A stretch of DNA of 64,000 nt from an uncultured beta proteobacterium (GTDB lineage: Bacteria; Pseudomonadota; Gammaproteobacteria; Burkholderiales; Casimicrobiaceae), in the NCBI GenBank assembly GCA_963778275.1, contig CAVZTS010000013.1:46713-110712 (forward strand), written 5' to 3'. The position numbers were made by a program, and so were the translations under genes. Position 1 is the first letter of the stretch. Each line of letters begins with the position of its first letter. This document shows, one piece after another, positions 17,928 to 28,205 of the stretch. The notes beneath the pieces are model-generated. The model was not told the origin of the DNA. It saw nothing but the letters and a program-made list of their open reading frames with translations, and ran no database searches.

Positions 17928-19621
17928 TCAGACGTGCAGCCGATGCTGGACGACGCGAAACCGGCTGGCCACGAAGGCGGAGTCGGTGAGCGCGGCGTTC
18001 GCCGCGGGGTTGGCACCGGTCCCGTGGTAATCGGAGAATGCCGCCGACTGGTTAACGAACACGCCCCCGGTGAGGTTGATCGACAGCGCCACCCCGGCTT
18101 CCTCCGCCACCGCGACCGCCGCCTCGGTCACCGCCGGACGGGTCGAATACAGCGACAGCGTCAAAGCACCGTTTTGCTGCACCGCGCGCCGCGCGATGGC
18201 GAGGCTTTCGTCGGTGTCGGCAGTGGCGATGACAAACGCGATCGGGCCGAACCATTCCTTGTGATACTGCGCGGCGTCCTTCGTTTCCAGCTGCACGAGC
18301 AGCGGCGTGCGGATGCGCGCCTCCTTGAACTGGGGGTGGGTGAGCGAGATGCTGTCGACAACGATGGTACCCAGTCCGCGCGCGGCCTCGATGCGCTGCA
18401 CGACAGCGTCGTTGACCACCGCCCCCAGGATTTCGACCGCGCGCGCCGGATCGGCGAGCAGCTTCTGCAGCGCCTCGGCAAGCGCCTGCGTGACCTGAGC
18501 GAAGGCAAGGTGGCCGGACGCCGTGTCGATGCCACCGCGCGGCACATAGATGTTCTGCGGCGCGGTGCACATCTGGCCAGTGTAGAGCGCGAGCGAGAAC
18601 GCGATGTTGCGCGCCACGCTGCTCATGTCCGCGGCGGAGTCGATAACGATCTGATTGACCCCCGCCTTCTCCGTGTAGACCTGGGCTTGACGGGCGTTCT
18701 TCTCCAGCCACTCGCCATTGACGCTGCTGCCGGTGAAGTCGATGAGCCTGACCTCCGGCCGCAACGCGAGCTTCTGAGCCGTGTCATCGCCGGCATCGTG
18801 CGCCACCAGCGTCACGATGTTCGGATCGAAGCCCGCTTCGGCGAGCACCTCCCGCGCGATCTGCACGCTGATCGCGAGCGGGAGAATCGCGTTCGGATGC
18901 GGCTTGACGATGACCGCGTTGCCCGTGGCGAGGCTCGCGAACATTCCCGGGTAGCCGTTCCATGTCGGGAAGGTGTTGCAGCCGATGACCAGCCCGATGC
19001 CGCGCGGGACGATGCGGTAGTGCTTTTCCATCTTCAGCGGCTCGTTCTTGCCCTGCGGCTTTTCCCAATAGGCCTTGGCCGGGATGCGGCGCATTTCGTC
19101 CCACGCGTAGGCGACCGCTTCGAGGCCGCGGTCCTGGGCGTGCGGACCCGCGGCCTGGAAGGCCATGACGAATGCCTGGCCGGTCGTGTGCATCACCGCA
19201 TGGGCGATCTCGAAGCTGCGCTTGTTGATGCGGGTGAGTGTTCCAGCGCGACGCCGACCCAGGCTTCGGGACCGGCCTTGCGCCAAGCCGGTTCCGCGCG
19301 CGCAATCGCGGCGAACAGGGCGTCGAGATCGACTTTGGGATAGGTGACGCCCAGCGCAAACCCGTAGGGTGATCGTTCCGTGCCGACCGTGCCCGCCGCG
19401 CCGGGCAGCGCCAGCGCGAACGGCTTGTGCAGCAGTGCTTCAAACGCGGCCTTGCCGGCCTCGGCCGCGCCCTCGCCATAGACCTTCGGGCTCGGTGACT
19501 CGGGAAACGCGCTCCAGTAGCCGCGCTCGGCGATGGCCTTGAGTGCTTGGTCGAGCAGTGCCTGGTGGCGTTCAAACAGGGGCTGGGACGCCGGGGAATC
19601 TCTCCTCGCAATGACAAGCAA
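17928..19621 (-). pseudogene. paaN: Ring-opening aldehyde dehydrogenase PaaN (PaaZ-type ALDH domain only), frame-disrupted
   Basis: The N-terminus ...QPLFERHQALLDQALKAIAERGYWSAFPESP...AWVGVALE is in ORF 19193..19621. The remainder, LTRINKRSFEIAHAVMHTTGQ...FTGSSVNGEWLE...YTGQMCTAPQNIYVP..., is in ORF 17928..19286. The shift is near 19240. The start codon is uncertain. Confidence 0.8.
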
Positions 19622-19667
19622 AAGGGTAGCAGGTATCGCCGGCGCCGTGGCCCGGCTTGGATTGTGC

Positions 19668-20745
19668 CTACGCCGGCTGGTCGAAGTCGACGACGACCGT
19701 ATCGGTCACCGGATAGCTCTGGCAGCAGAGGATGAAGCCGCGCGCGACCTCGTAGTCTTCGAGCGCGAAGTTGACGTCCATGTCGACCTCGCCGGTGACG
19801 AGCTTGGCGCGGCAGGTCGAGCACACGCCGCCCTTGCACGAGTAGGGCAGCTCGATGCCCTGCTTGAGCGCGCCATCGATGATATTGTCCTTGGTCCTCT
19901 GCAGCGTGAACTGGCGCGCCGCGCCGTCGATGATCGCGGTGACCGCGCACTCGGCGTGACCCGGCTCGGGCGCGGCGTGCGTCTTGTGCTCGTGCTTCGG
20001 GATGCTGGCCGCAAAAAGCTCGATCTTGATGCGCGACTTCGGCACCCCGAACGCCTGCAGCGATTTCGCCACCGCCTGCATCATGCCGTCCGGGCCGCAG
20101 ACGAATGCGGTGTCGATATCGGCGGCGGCGACCCAGTGCGCGAGCAGCGCGTCGGCCTTCTGCTGGTCGATGCGCCCGTTCAGGACGGCGATGTCCTGCG
20201 GTTCGCGGCTCATGACATAAACCAGATTGAAGCGTTCGAGGTAGACATCCTTGAGGTCGGACAGCGCTTCCTTGAAGATCACTGCCGCGGACGAGCGATT
20301 GCCGTAGAACAGCGTGAAGCGGCTGTGGGGCTCGGCGGCCAGCGTGGTCTTTATGATCGACAGCAGCGGCGTGATGCCGCTGCCCGCGGCAAAGCCGAGA
20401 TAGTGCTTGCGGTGCTGCGCATCGAGCGCCACGTTGAAATGGCCCATCGGCGGCATGACCTCGATGGTCTGCCCGGCATGCACGTGGTCGTTGATCCAGG
20501 TCGAGAACGCGCCGCCGGGGGCCTTCTTGACCGCGATCTTCAGCGTCGCGTCCTGCACCGCGGAGCAGATGGAGTACGAGCGGCGCATGTCCTCGCCGTC
20601 GATGGCGGCCCGCAGCGTGACGTGCTGGCCCTGGACGAAGCGGAAGGCATCGGCGAGCGCAGGCAGGCACGGCGAAGGTGAGCGCGACCGCGTCGCGGGT
20701 CTCGCGGCTGACGCTCGCGACCTTGAGCGGATGGAATTTGCTCAA
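19668..20745 (-). pseudogene. paaE: Phenylacetyl-CoA epoxidase reductase subunit (FNR-like plus 2Fe-2S ferredoxin), frame-disrupted
   Basis: TTG 20745 overlaps the paaD stop and opens LSKFHPLKVASVSRETRDAVALTFAVP. After a shift near 20660 the protein continues as ALADAFRFVQGQHVTLRAAIDGEDMRRSYSICS...CKGGVCSTCRAKLVTGEVDM... (ORF 19668..20588). Confidence 0.85.
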
Positions 20746-21268
20746 TGCGGCTTGAAGTAGTCGAAAGGTTCGAGGCAAGCCTCGCAGCGGTATTGCGCCT
20801 TGCACGGCGTCGAACCGAAGCGTGACAGTTCGCGGGTGGCGAGCGCGCCGCAGCGCGGGCACGGCACGGGAGGGCTCGCCGCGCGGCGGCGCAGCGCCGT
20901 CACATCGATGACGCGGCTCGCGGCGCGGAGCGTCCCCTGCCGGCGGAGCGATGCCGAACGCGGCAAGCCGCGCGCGCGCGGCCGGGGTGATCCAGTCGGT
21001 GGTCCACGACGGCGCGAGGCGGATCTCGAGCCGATGCGCCGCGAATCCGGCGGCACTCAATGCCCGGCCGATGTCCGCCATGATGACTTCGGTCGCCGGG
21101 CACCCGGAATAGGTGGGCGTGACAGTGACCACCGGGACCGCATCCTGCCAGTCGACGCCACGCACGATTCCCAGGTCGACGATCGAGACCACCGGAATCT
21201 CCGGATCGGTTACCGCGGCGAGCGCGCGCCAGACCGCCGCCTCGAGTTCGCTCTGGCCGGTTCACCAC
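20742..21268 (-). pseudogene. paaD: Phenylacetyl-CoA epoxidase subunit PaaD, frame-disrupted
   Basis: ...VWRALAAVTDPEIPVVSIVDLGIVRGV...TPTYSGCPATEVI...APSWTTDWIT is in one frame. ...VIDVTALRRRAASPPVPCPRCGALATRELSRFGSTPCKAQYRCEACLEPFDYFKPH is in ORF 20742..21056. The shift is near 20935. The only start codons (GTG 21268/21265, overlapping the paaC stop) are out of frame with the conserved N-terminus. Confidence 0.75.
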
Positions 21269-22032
21269 TGCACCCCGGGATAGGCGCGCGGCAGCCATTG
21301 CATGGTCGCGAGCAGGTGCCCGAGGTGCTCGGTGTGCACGCCCTGCTTGCCGCCGCGCTGCATCCACGTCGCCTCGGGCACGGTCAGCGTCGCCTCGGTC
21401 AGCACCGCGGCGACCGCGTCGCGCCAGGGCGGCAGCAGGCTCGCCGCATCGGGCACGATACCCTCCCCCGCCAGCGCGAGTTCGATCGCGTCGCTGGTGA
21501 ACATCTCGCCGGTATACATCCACAGGTCGTCGATCGCGGCCTGCATCCTGCCATGGCTTTCGGCGGTGCCATCGCCGAGCCGGATCACCCAGTCGACGCT
21601 GCGCTCGACGTGATAGGTCACTTCCTTAAGCGCCTTCGCCGCGATCTCCGCGATGCGCGCGTCGCTCGAGCGCGCGAGTTCGGCGAGCAGCAGGCGATGC
21701 CAGGTGTCGAAATACAGCTGCCGCGCCATGGTTTCGGCGTAATTGCCGTTGGGCTGCTCGACGAGCAGCAGATTGCGGAATTCGCTTCCGTCGCGCAGAA
21801 ACGCGAGGGTATCCTCATCGCGGCCGGCGCCGGCAAAGCGCGCCTCGACCTCTGCGGCGTAGCCATACCACAGCCGCGCCTGACCGAGCAGGTCGAGCCC
21901 GACGTTGGTGAGCGCGATGTCCTCTTCGAGCACCGGCCCGTGCCCGACCCATTCCCCGAGGCGCTGCGCCAGGACCAGATCGCTGTCCGCGAGCCGCAGC
22001 AGATAGTCGAACCGCTCCCGCTCCGGGTGCGG
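21262..22032 (-). CDS. paaC: Phenylacetyl-CoA epoxidase subunit PaaC (start codon unresolved)
   Basis: ORF 21262..21933 carries LEEDIALTNVGLDLLGQARLWY.... Conserved sequence (ERFDYLLRLADSDLVLAQRLGEWVGHGP) continues in frame upstream to the paaB stop. That stretch has no ATG, GTG or TTG, only CTG. Confidence 0.7.
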   Translation of the reverse strand, partial: PHPERERFDYLLRLADSDLVLAQRLGEWVGHGPVLEEDIALTNVGLDLLGQARLWYGYAAEVEARFAGAGRDEDTLAFLRDGSEFRNLLLVEQPNGNYAETMARQLYFDTWHRLLLAELARSSDARIAEIAAKALKEVTYHVERSVDWVIRLGDGTAESHGRMQAAIDDLWMYTGEMFTSDAIELALAGEGIVPDAASLLPPWRDAVAAVLTEATLTVPEATWMQRGGKQGVHTEHLGHLLATMQWLPRAYPGVQW

Positions 22033-22320
22033 TCAGATGTGCTTGACTGCATCGGGCATCGGGAAGAACGTCGGGTGCCGGTACACCTTGCTGTTTGCCG
22101 GCTCGAACAGCGGCCCTTTCGCGCCGGGCGCGGTGGCCGTGATGGCGGCCGAGGGCACCACCCAGATGCTCACGCCCTCGTTGCGGCGCGTGTAGACGTC
22201 GCGCGCGTTCTTGATCGCCAGCTCCGCGTCGGGCGCGTGCAGGCTGCCGACGTGCTTGTGCGCCAGCCCGTGCTGCGACCGGATGAAGATTTCCCACAGT
22301 GGCCATTCCGCGCGTTCCAT
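22033..22320 (-). CDS. paaB: Phenylacetyl-CoA epoxidase subunit PaaB
   Basis: 95 aa from ATG 22320: MERAEWPLWEIFIRSQHGLAHKHVGSLHAPDAELAIKNARDVYTRR.... The upstream part of track ORF 22033..22473 is read-through. Confidence 0.85.
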   Translation of the reverse strand: MERAEWPLWEIFIRSQHGLAHKHVGSLHAPDAELAIKNARDVYTRRNEGVSIWVVPSAAITATAPGAKGPLFEPANSKVYRHPTFFPMPDAVKHI

Positions 22321-22348
22321 CGCAACCCCGCTCCTTTCCGGCCTTGCC

Positions 22349-23341
22349 TTAAGCCGCTTGCGCCTGGGCCGGCGCACGCTTGCGCGCGTGCGCCAGTGCC
22401 GCTTCGCGCACCCACGCGCCTTGTTCCCAGGCTGCGACCCGCGTGCGCAGCCGATCGCGGTTGCACGGGCCATTGCCCTTGACCACGTTGTAGAGCTCTT
22501 CCCAGTCGATCGGCCCGAAATCGTAGTGTCCGCGTGCGTCGTTCCACTTCAGTTCCGGGTCCGGCATCGCGATCCCGAGATAGTCCGCCTGCGGCACGGT
22601 CTGATCGACGAAACGCTGGCGCAGTTCGTCGTTCGACAGGATCTTTATCTTCCATTGCGCGGACTGGGCGCTGTGCACCGAATCGGCGTCGGGCGGCCCG
22701 AACATCATCAGCGAGGGCCACCACCAGCGGTTGAGCGCATCCTGCGCCAGCGCCTTCTGCTCGGCGCTGCCGCGGCAGAGCTTGAGCATGATGTCGAAGC
22801 CCTGCCGCTGGTGGAAGCTCTCTTCCTTGCAGACGCGGATCATCGCCCGCGCGTACGGGCCGAACGAGCAGCGGCACAGCGGAATCTGGTTCATGATCGC
22901 CGCGCCGTCGACGAGCCAGCCGATCGCGCCGATATCCGCCCAGGTCAGCGTCGGATAGTTGAAGATGCTCGAGTACTTGGCCTTGCCGGCGTGCAGATCG
23001 GCGACGAGCTCGTCGCGGGACACGCCAAGGGTTTCGGCCGCCGCGTAGAGGTAGAGCCCGTGGCCGGCTTCGTCCTGGACCTTGGCCATCAGGATCGCCT
23101 TGCGCTGCAGCGTCGGGGCGCGCGTGATCCAGTTGCCTTCGGGCAGCATGCCGACGATCTCGGAATGCGCGTGCTGCGAGATCTGCCGGATCAGCGTCTT
23201 GCGATAGGCCTCGGGCATCCAGTCCTTGGGCTCGATGCGGATGTCGGCATCGATGCGCTCCTGGAACGCGCGCTCCTCCGGCTCGAGCTCGGCTAAGGTG
23301 CGCAACCGGCGCGCCCCGGTGTCGACCATCTGCGCATACAT
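22349..23341 (-). CDS. paaA: Phenylacetyl-CoA epoxidase catalytic subunit PaaA (di-iron)
   Basis: 330 aa from ATG 23341 (MYAQMVDTG). [21 protein letters not shown] and [11 protein letters not shown] are di-iron ligand motifs. Intact. Confidence 0.9.
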   Translation of the reverse strand: MYAQMVDTGARRLRTLAELEPEERAFQERIDADIRIEPKDWMPEAYRKTLIRQISQHAHSEIVGMLPEGNWITRAPTLQRKAILMAKVQDEAGHGLYLYAAAETLGVSRDELVADLHAGKAKYSSIFNYPTLTWADIGAIGWLVDGAAIMNQIPLCRCSFGPYARAMIRVCKEESFHQRQGFDIMLKLCRGSAEQKALAQDALNRWWWPSLMMFGPPDADSVHSAQSAQWKIKILSNDELRQRFVDQTVPQADYLGIAMPDPELKWNDARGHYDFGPIDWEELYNVVKGNGPCNRDRLRTRVAAWEQGAWVREAALAHARKRAPAQAQAA

Positions 23342-23401
23342 GGGCCCGGTCCTCCTCGGCGCCGGCTGCGGCGCGGCGACTGGCCGCGCGCGGCAAAAAA
23401 C

Positions 23402-23438
23402 GATACACTTTTTTGGTGACAAACGCAAAATTTGTATC
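23402..23438. promoter_or_regulatory. Candidate PaaX operator in the paaA/paaX divergent promoter region
   Basis: GATACA (23402-23407) and TGTATC (23433-23438) form a perfect 6-bp inverted repeat separated by a 25-nt AT-rich spacer. It sits in the only AT-rich stretch between paaA and paaX. Confidence 0.55.
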
Positions 23439-23468
23439 ACGTCTGGCGGCGGCGTTCCCACGGCCGGC

Positions 23469-24431
23469 GTGAAGGCGCAGCGCGCTCCTGCGGCGGCAAA
23501 TGCGCGGATCGACCGCTGGATCCGGCGCGAGCGCGCGCGCGCACCGTTGAAGGCGCAATCGCTGCTCATCACCGTCTGGGGCGATGCCATCGCCCCGCAC
23601 GGCGGCGTCGTGTGGCTGTCGGGGCTCATTCGCCTGCTCGCCCCGCTGGGCTTGAACGAGCGACTGGTGCGCACCTCGGTCTACCGGCTCGCGCGCGAAG
23701 GGTGGCTGGCCGCGCGGCAGGACGGCCGGCGCAGCCTGTACCGGCTCACCGCGCAGGGGCGGATGCATTTCGAGCACGCCTACCGGCGCATCTATGCGCC
23801 GCCCTCGCACGACTGGGACGGCACCTGGGAGGTCGTGCTCGCGCCGGCGGCGGCGCTCACCGACCGTGCGCGGCGCAGCCTTCGCCAGGAGCTCGGCTGG
23901 GAAGGCTTCGGCGCGCTTGGCTCCGGTGTCTTCGTGCGACCCGCACGTGCCGCCGCGCCAGGCGCGCTTGCCGAGATTCTTGCCGCGCCCGAGCTGCGGC
24001 ATCGCGTTGCCGTGCTCGCCGGGCGCGACGCGCCCGGGCTCGCCGCGCGCTCGTTGCAGGCGTATGTGCGCGAATGCTGGAACCTCGCCGGCGTAGCGGC
24101 GGAGTATCGCGCTTTCCTCGCCCGCTTTGCTGCGGTCGGGCGCAATTTCGGCAGCGGTGGCAGCGTCGATCCCGAGCGCTGCTTTGTCGTGCGCAGCCTG
24201 CTGATCCACGCCTTCCGCCGCGTCACCCTGCACGACCCGCAGCTGCCCGCGGTCCTGCTCCCCCCGCACTGGCCGGCGAGCGCCGCCTACGCGCTGTGCG
24301 GGGATTTCTACCGCCTTACGCAACGCCCGGCGGAGCAGCATCTTCTGGCCACGCTTAGCACCGCCGGCGGGACCCTGCCGCCGGCCGCCGACTATTTCTA
24401 TCGCCGCTTCGGGGGCCTTGATCCGCGGTGA
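23469..24431 (+). CDS. paaX: Phenylacetic acid degradation operon repressor PaaX
   Basis: Start chosen at GTG 23469, downstream of the operator. Supporting motifs: [52 protein letters not shown]...RRSLYRLT and the C-terminal PaaX domain ([16 protein letters not shown]). Confidence 0.8.
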   Translation: MKAQRAPAAANARIDRWIRRERARAPLKAQSLLITVWGDAIAPHGGVVWLSGLIRLLAPLGLNERLVRTSVYRLAREGWLAARQDGRRSLYRLTAQGRMHFEHAYRRIYAPPSHDWDGTWEVVLAPAAALTDRARRSLRQELGWEGFGALGSGVFVRPARAAAPGALAEILAAPELRHRVAVLAGRDAPGLAARSLQAYVRECWNLAGVAAEYRAFLARFAAVGRNFGSGGSVDPERCFVVRSLLIHAFRRVTLHDPQLPAVLLPPHWPASAAYALCGDFYRLTQRPAEQHLLATLSTAGGTLPPAADYFYRRFGGLDPR

Positions 24432-24454
24432 CGGCCGCGTCACCCCGAACGAAG

Positions 24455-25726
24455 CTAGCAGGCCGGAAGAATCGTTCCGCGCACCTCGCCGAAGCCGACG
24501 CGATAGCCCTCGCCATCGCACCAGCCGCTGATGACGACTTCGTCCCCGTCCTCCAGGAATGCGCGCGTCGCGCCGCCGGCAAGTCGGACCGGCCGTTGCC
24601 CGTTTCCCGTGAGCTCCAGCAGACTCCCCCAGGACTCGGGGCCCGGCCCGGAAATCGTGCCCGAGCCCATGAGATCACCCACGCGCGTGTTGCAGCCCGA
24701 CACGGTGTGATGCGCGAGCTGCTGCGCCATGCTCCAGTACAGGTATTGGCAGTTGGTGCGACACAGCGTGGTCACCGCCCCGCCCGGCGGCTTGAGGCCA
24801 AGCGCGAGCTCGATGGCGAAGGCGTGCCTGCCGGTCTGGGCGAGATAGGGCAGCGGTTGCGGCTCCTGGACCGGCCCGGCCACGCGAAACGGCTCGAGCG
24901 CGTCCAAGGTCACGATCCAGGGTGAGATCGAGGTGGCAAAGGTCTTGCTGTTGAACGGCCCCAGCGGCACATATTCCCATTGCTGGATGTCGCGCGCGCT
25001 CCAGTCGTTCATCAGCACCAGGCCAAAGATATGCCGCTCCGCTTCGGCAATCGGAACCGGTTCGCCGAGCGCATTGGGCACGCCGACGACGAAGGCCGTC
25101 TCAAGCTCGAAATCGAGCTTGCGCGACGCTCCGAACGCCGGCGGTTCGACGTCGGGAAGCTTGAGCTGGCCCTGCGGCCGGCGCACGGCCGTGCCGCTGA
25201 CGACGACCGAGCTCGCCCGGCCGTTATAGGCAATGGGCATGTGCAGCCAGTTCGGCAACAGCGCGTGCTTCGGATCGCGGAACATCGCGCCGACATTGGT
25301 CGCGTGCTCCTTCGAGGAGTAGAAATCGGTGTAGCCGCCGATGTCGACTGGCAGCTGCAGTCGCGCCGCGGACAGCGGCAGCAGGGCCCTGCCGCGCAGC
25401 GCCGTGTCGTCACGAAGCTCGGCATGATCGGCGCGCAGCAACTCGCCGATGCGCGTCCGGGCCGTGGTCCACGCCGCGCGGCCAAGGGCGATGAAGGCAT
25501 TGAGCTGCGCGCGATCGAACACGCGCTCGCCCGCTGCCGCGACTTGCAGCAGGCCGGCTTGCTCGAGGACGGCGAGGTCGAGCACCCAATCGCCGATCGC
25601 GACACCGGCGCGCGCTCGCGCGTCGGACGCGGTGGTGAAAATGCCGTAGGGAAGGTTCTGCAGCGAAAAATGCGACTCGGCGGCGACCGCGACGAACGAG
25701 CGCGCCGGGGCGCCGGAGGCGGCCAT
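24455..25726 (-). CDS. fahA: Fumarylacetoacetase
   Basis: 423 aa with SHFSLQNLPYGIF, IGGYTDFYSSKEHATNVG, NDWSARDIQ.WEYVPLGPF and GDLMGSGTISG. Its ATG overlaps the hmgA stop by 1 nt (TGATG). Confidence 0.9.
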   Translation of the reverse strand: MAASGAPARSFVAVAAESHFSLQNLPYGIFTTASDARARAGVAIGDWVLDLAVLEQAGLLQVAAAGERVFDRAQLNAFIALGRAAWTTARTRIGELLRADHAELRDDTALRGRALLPLSAARLQLPVDIGGYTDFYSSKEHATNVGAMFRDPKHALLPNWLHMPIAYNGRASSVVVSGTAVRRPQGQLKLPDVEPPAFGASRKLDFELETAFVVGVPNALGEPVPIAEAERHIFGLVLMNDWSARDIQQWEYVPLGPFNSKTFATSISPWIVTLDALEPFRVAGPVQEPQPLPYLAQTGRHAFAIELALGLKPPGGAVTTLCRTNCQYLYWSMAQQLAHHTVSGCNTRVGDLMGSGTISGPGPESWGSLLELTGNGQRPVRLAGGATRAFLEDGDEVVISGWCDGEGYRVGFGEVRGTILPAC

Positions 25727-27075
25727 CAGGGCTTGCCGGTGAAATGCTTCGCCAATCCCTGCCAGCAGAGCAGATAGTCCTGCTGCAGCTGGGGCGACTC
25801 GAGTGCCAAGCGCGTCGGGCGGATGACGTAGCGGCTCTCGAACATGAAGGCGAGCGTCGCGTCGAGCTTGTGCGGGACGAGTGGCGCCCTGCTCGCCTTG
25901 GCGAAGGTCGCCGCGTCCGGGCCGTGACCGGACATGCAGTTGTGCAGGCTCGCGCCGCCGGGCACGAAGCCCTCGGCCTTGGCGTCGTAGACGCCGTGGA
26001 TGAGGCCCATGAACTCGCTCATCACGTTGCGATGGAACCAGGGCGGGCGGAAGGTGTGCTCGGCGACCATCCAGCGCGGCGGGAAGATCACGAAATCGAT
26101 GTTGGCGGTCCCGGGGGTGTCGGAGGGCGAGGTCAACACCGTGAAGATCGACGGGTCGGGATGGTCGAAGCTCACGCTGTTGACGCTATTGAAGCGCGCG
26201 AGGTCGTATTTGTACGGGACGTGATTGCCGTGCCAGGCGACGACATCGAGCGGCGAGTGATCGACCGGCGCGCTCCACAGCCGGCCGGCGAACTTCGCCA
26301 CCAGCTCGAAGGTTCCCTCGCGGTCCTCGAAGGCGGCTACGGGCGCGAGAAAATCGCGCGCATTGGCAAGCCCGTTGGCGCCGATCGGCCCGAGCTCGGG
26401 CAGCCGGAACGGGGCGCCGTAGTTCTCGCCGACGTAGCCGCGCGCCGTGGCCTCGCAGAGCGCAACCTGAAAACGGGTGCCGCGCGGGAGCAGCGCGATC
26501 TCCCCCGGGCTCACCTCCAGCGGACCGAATTCGGTGGCCACGCGCAGCGCCCCTTGCTGCGGGACGAGCAGCAGCTCGCCGTCGGCGTTGTAGAAATAGC
26601 GCTCGCCCATGGAGCGGTTGCAGGCGTAGACGTGAATGCCGATCCCGCTCTGCAGCGCGACGTCGCCGTTGCCGCCCAGCGTGACCAGCCCGTCGACGAA
26701 GTCGGTGGGCGCGCTCGGCAGCGGCAGCGGGTCCCAGCGCAACGGGGTCGGCGGCGGTGCCACCTCGTCGAAGGGCGCGCTGCGCCAACGCTGCGCGTCG
26801 AGCGGGCGGAACGCCCCATGCGCGAGCGCCGGGCGGAGCCGATACAGCCACGAGCGGCGATTCTGGTGCCGGGGTGCGGTGAAGGCGGTCCCCGAGAATT
26901 GCTCGGCGTACAGCCCGTAGGCGACCCGCTGCGGCGAATTCTGGCCTTGCGGCAGCGCACCGGGCAGCGCTTCGCTGGCCAGCTCGTTGCCGAATCCCGA
27001 CTGGTAGGAGAGCGCGCCCGCCGCGGCACGTCCGCGGCGGCGCGCCGCGCTGCGATTCGATGCCGCAGTGTCCAT
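25726..27075 (-). CDS. hmgA: Homogentisate 1,2-dioxygenase
   Basis: 449 aa with [53 protein letters not shown] and [12 protein letters not shown]. Confidence 0.9.
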   Translation of the reverse strand: MDTAASNRSAARRRGRAAAGALSYQSGFGNELASEALPGALPQGQNSPQRVAYGLYAEQFSGTAFTAPRHQNRRSWLYRLRPALAHGAFRPLDAQRWRSAPFDEVAPPPTPLRWDPLPLPSAPTDFVDGLVTLGGNGDVALQSGIGIHVYACNRSMGERYFYNADGELLLVPQQGALRVATEFGPLEVSPGEIALLPRGTRFQVALCEATARGYVGENYGAPFRLPELGPIGANGLANARDFLAPVAAFEDREGTFELVAKFAGRLWSAPVDHSPLDVVAWHGNHVPYKYDLARFNSVNSVSFDHPDPSIFTVLTSPSDTPGTANIDFVIFPPRWMVAEHTFRPPWFHRNVMSEFMGLIHGVYDAKAEGFVPGGASLHNCMSGHGPDAATFAKASRAPLVPHKLDATLAFMFESRYVIRPTRLALESPQLQQDYLLCWQGLAKHFTGKP

Positions 27076-27114
27076 CAGGCGTTTCCCCGCGGCGGGAGGT
27101 CGCGCGCGCCGCCC

Positions 27115-27414
27115 TTACCCCGCGCCAGCCGACCAGCCGTCGTCGTCGTCGTCCTCGTCATCATCGTCCGACCAGCCCTCGTCGTCGTCGGGATCGATGT
27201 TGCCGCCGCCCGAACCACGGTCCTTGTCGTCATCCTCGTCGTCATCGTCGTCGTCGAAGGGTGGCGTCGGCTGCGGGGTGTGACAGCGCGCCCCGGTGTG
27301 CCGCGCAGTCGCCGTGGCGCGGGCCGCGGCATCGAACCGATCCATGGTGAGCGCGTCCATAAGATCCCGCGTCGTTGGCCCCGCTGGCGGCGGCAGCTCG
27401 CCGTATGATCGCAT
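27115..27414 (-). CDS. Small protein with an extremely acidic Asp-rich tail (unknown function)
   Basis: The ORF is 40 nt upstream of hmgA on the same strand. It uses genome-typical GAC/GAT/GAG codons with a high-GC third position. The tail is FDDDDDDEDDDKDRGSGGGNIDPDDDEGWSDDDDEDDDDDGWSAGAG, with a repeated acidic-run-GWS unit. Start is ATG 27414 or ATG 27444. Confidence 0.45.
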   Translation of the reverse strand: MRSYGELPPPAGPTTRDLMDALTMDRFDAAARATATARHTGARCHTPQPTPPFDDDDDDEDDDKDRGSGGGNIDPDDDEGWSDDDDEDDDDDGWSAGAG

Positions 27415-27440
27415 AGAATGCGCCCGCTTTTGGGGGCCCG

Positions 27441-28201
27441 TCACCGCGCGCGCTTGGAGCCGAGCGCAGCGAGTCGGCGCTTGAGCTCGGCCGACCCGAG
27501 CGAGGCTTCATACGCTGTGCGCGACTCAGCCGCCGCGGCGTCGCCGGCCGCGATCGCATTGAGCTGGCGCTTCATCGATTGCACGACCGCCGGCGCGCAT
27601 TGTTCGATCGCGGCAGAGCAGCTCGGCGAGCGTTTTCGCGAGTTGCCCGCGCGCCACCAGTTCGGTCAGAAAGCCGATGCGCAGCATCTCCTCCGCGCGC
27701 AGCGTGACACCGGTGAGATAGATGCGTTTTGCCTGTGCGAGGCCGAGCGCGGCCACCGCGCGGCGCAGGCCCCCGGGATAAAAGTGCAGGCCGAAGCGCG
27801 CCGCCGGCATGAACATGCGGCGTGCCGGGTACGCCGATGCGCCAATCGCAGCACAGCGCCAGGTCGGTGGCGCCGCCGTAGACGCCGCCGTTGAGCACGG
27901 CGATGGTCGGCAGGGGACATTGCTCGATCGCATCGAGCAGATCCTCGAAGCTCCGATCCAGCCGCTTGCGGATCGCGCCGATGGTGAACCCCGAGCTGAA
28001 GGTCCTGTCGCCGGCGCCGCGGAACACGACCGCGCGCAGCGCCGGCAGCGCGGCGACGCGCCGGACGTGGTCGCGCAGCACCGCGATGTCGTCCGGATCG
28101 ATGCGATTGTGCCCGCGGGGGCGCTCGAAGCGGATCGTGGCCACGCTGCCCGCCACGGCGAGACTGGGCGGCCCTTCCGGCAGCGTCGGCTTGCGCGCCA
28201 T
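27441..28201 (-). pseudogene. Enoyl-CoA hydratase/isomerase family protein, frame-disrupted
   Basis: One protein spans three frames. First: ATG 28201 MARKPTL...VVFRGAGDRTFSSGF...AVLNGGVYGGATDLALCCDWRIG. Second: FMPAARFGLHFYPGGLRR...LTGVTLRAEEMLRIGFLTELV. Third: IEQCAPAVVQSMKRQLNAI...LGSKRAR, ending at TGA 27441. Shifts are near 27820 and 27610. Confidence 0.7.
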
Positions 28202-28205
28202 GGCG

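Noticed and set aside
18784-21192. 802-aa ORF that looks like one giant paa protein
   Set aside because: It is a read-through mosaic. Only short parts are in the true frames of paaD, paaE and paaN. The rest is out-of-frame translation kept open by GC richness.
22170-24521. 783-aa minus-strand ORF spanning paaB, paaA, the promoter region and paaX
   Set aside because: It crosses an intergenic promoter region and runs antisense to paaX. The sequence is low-complexity and Arg-rich. The real genes occupy other frames.
27130-27260. GTC/GTCATC-rich repetitive tract, considered as a CRISPR-like or tandem-repeat element
   Set aside because: It has no repeat-spacer periodicity. It is a triplet (Asp/Glu codon) tract inside an ORF, and is reported instead as the acidic-tail protein.
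25744-27408. 554-aa plus-strand ORF opposite hmgA. The same problem applies to 1313..2629, 3124..4107, 6703..7974, 8655..10181, 17814..19343 and 20800..22482.
   Set aside because: All are antisense or out-of-frame to genes with clear family motifs. They are Arg/Gly/Ala/Pro-rich with no recognisable domains, which is typical of spurious long ORFs in high-GC DNA.
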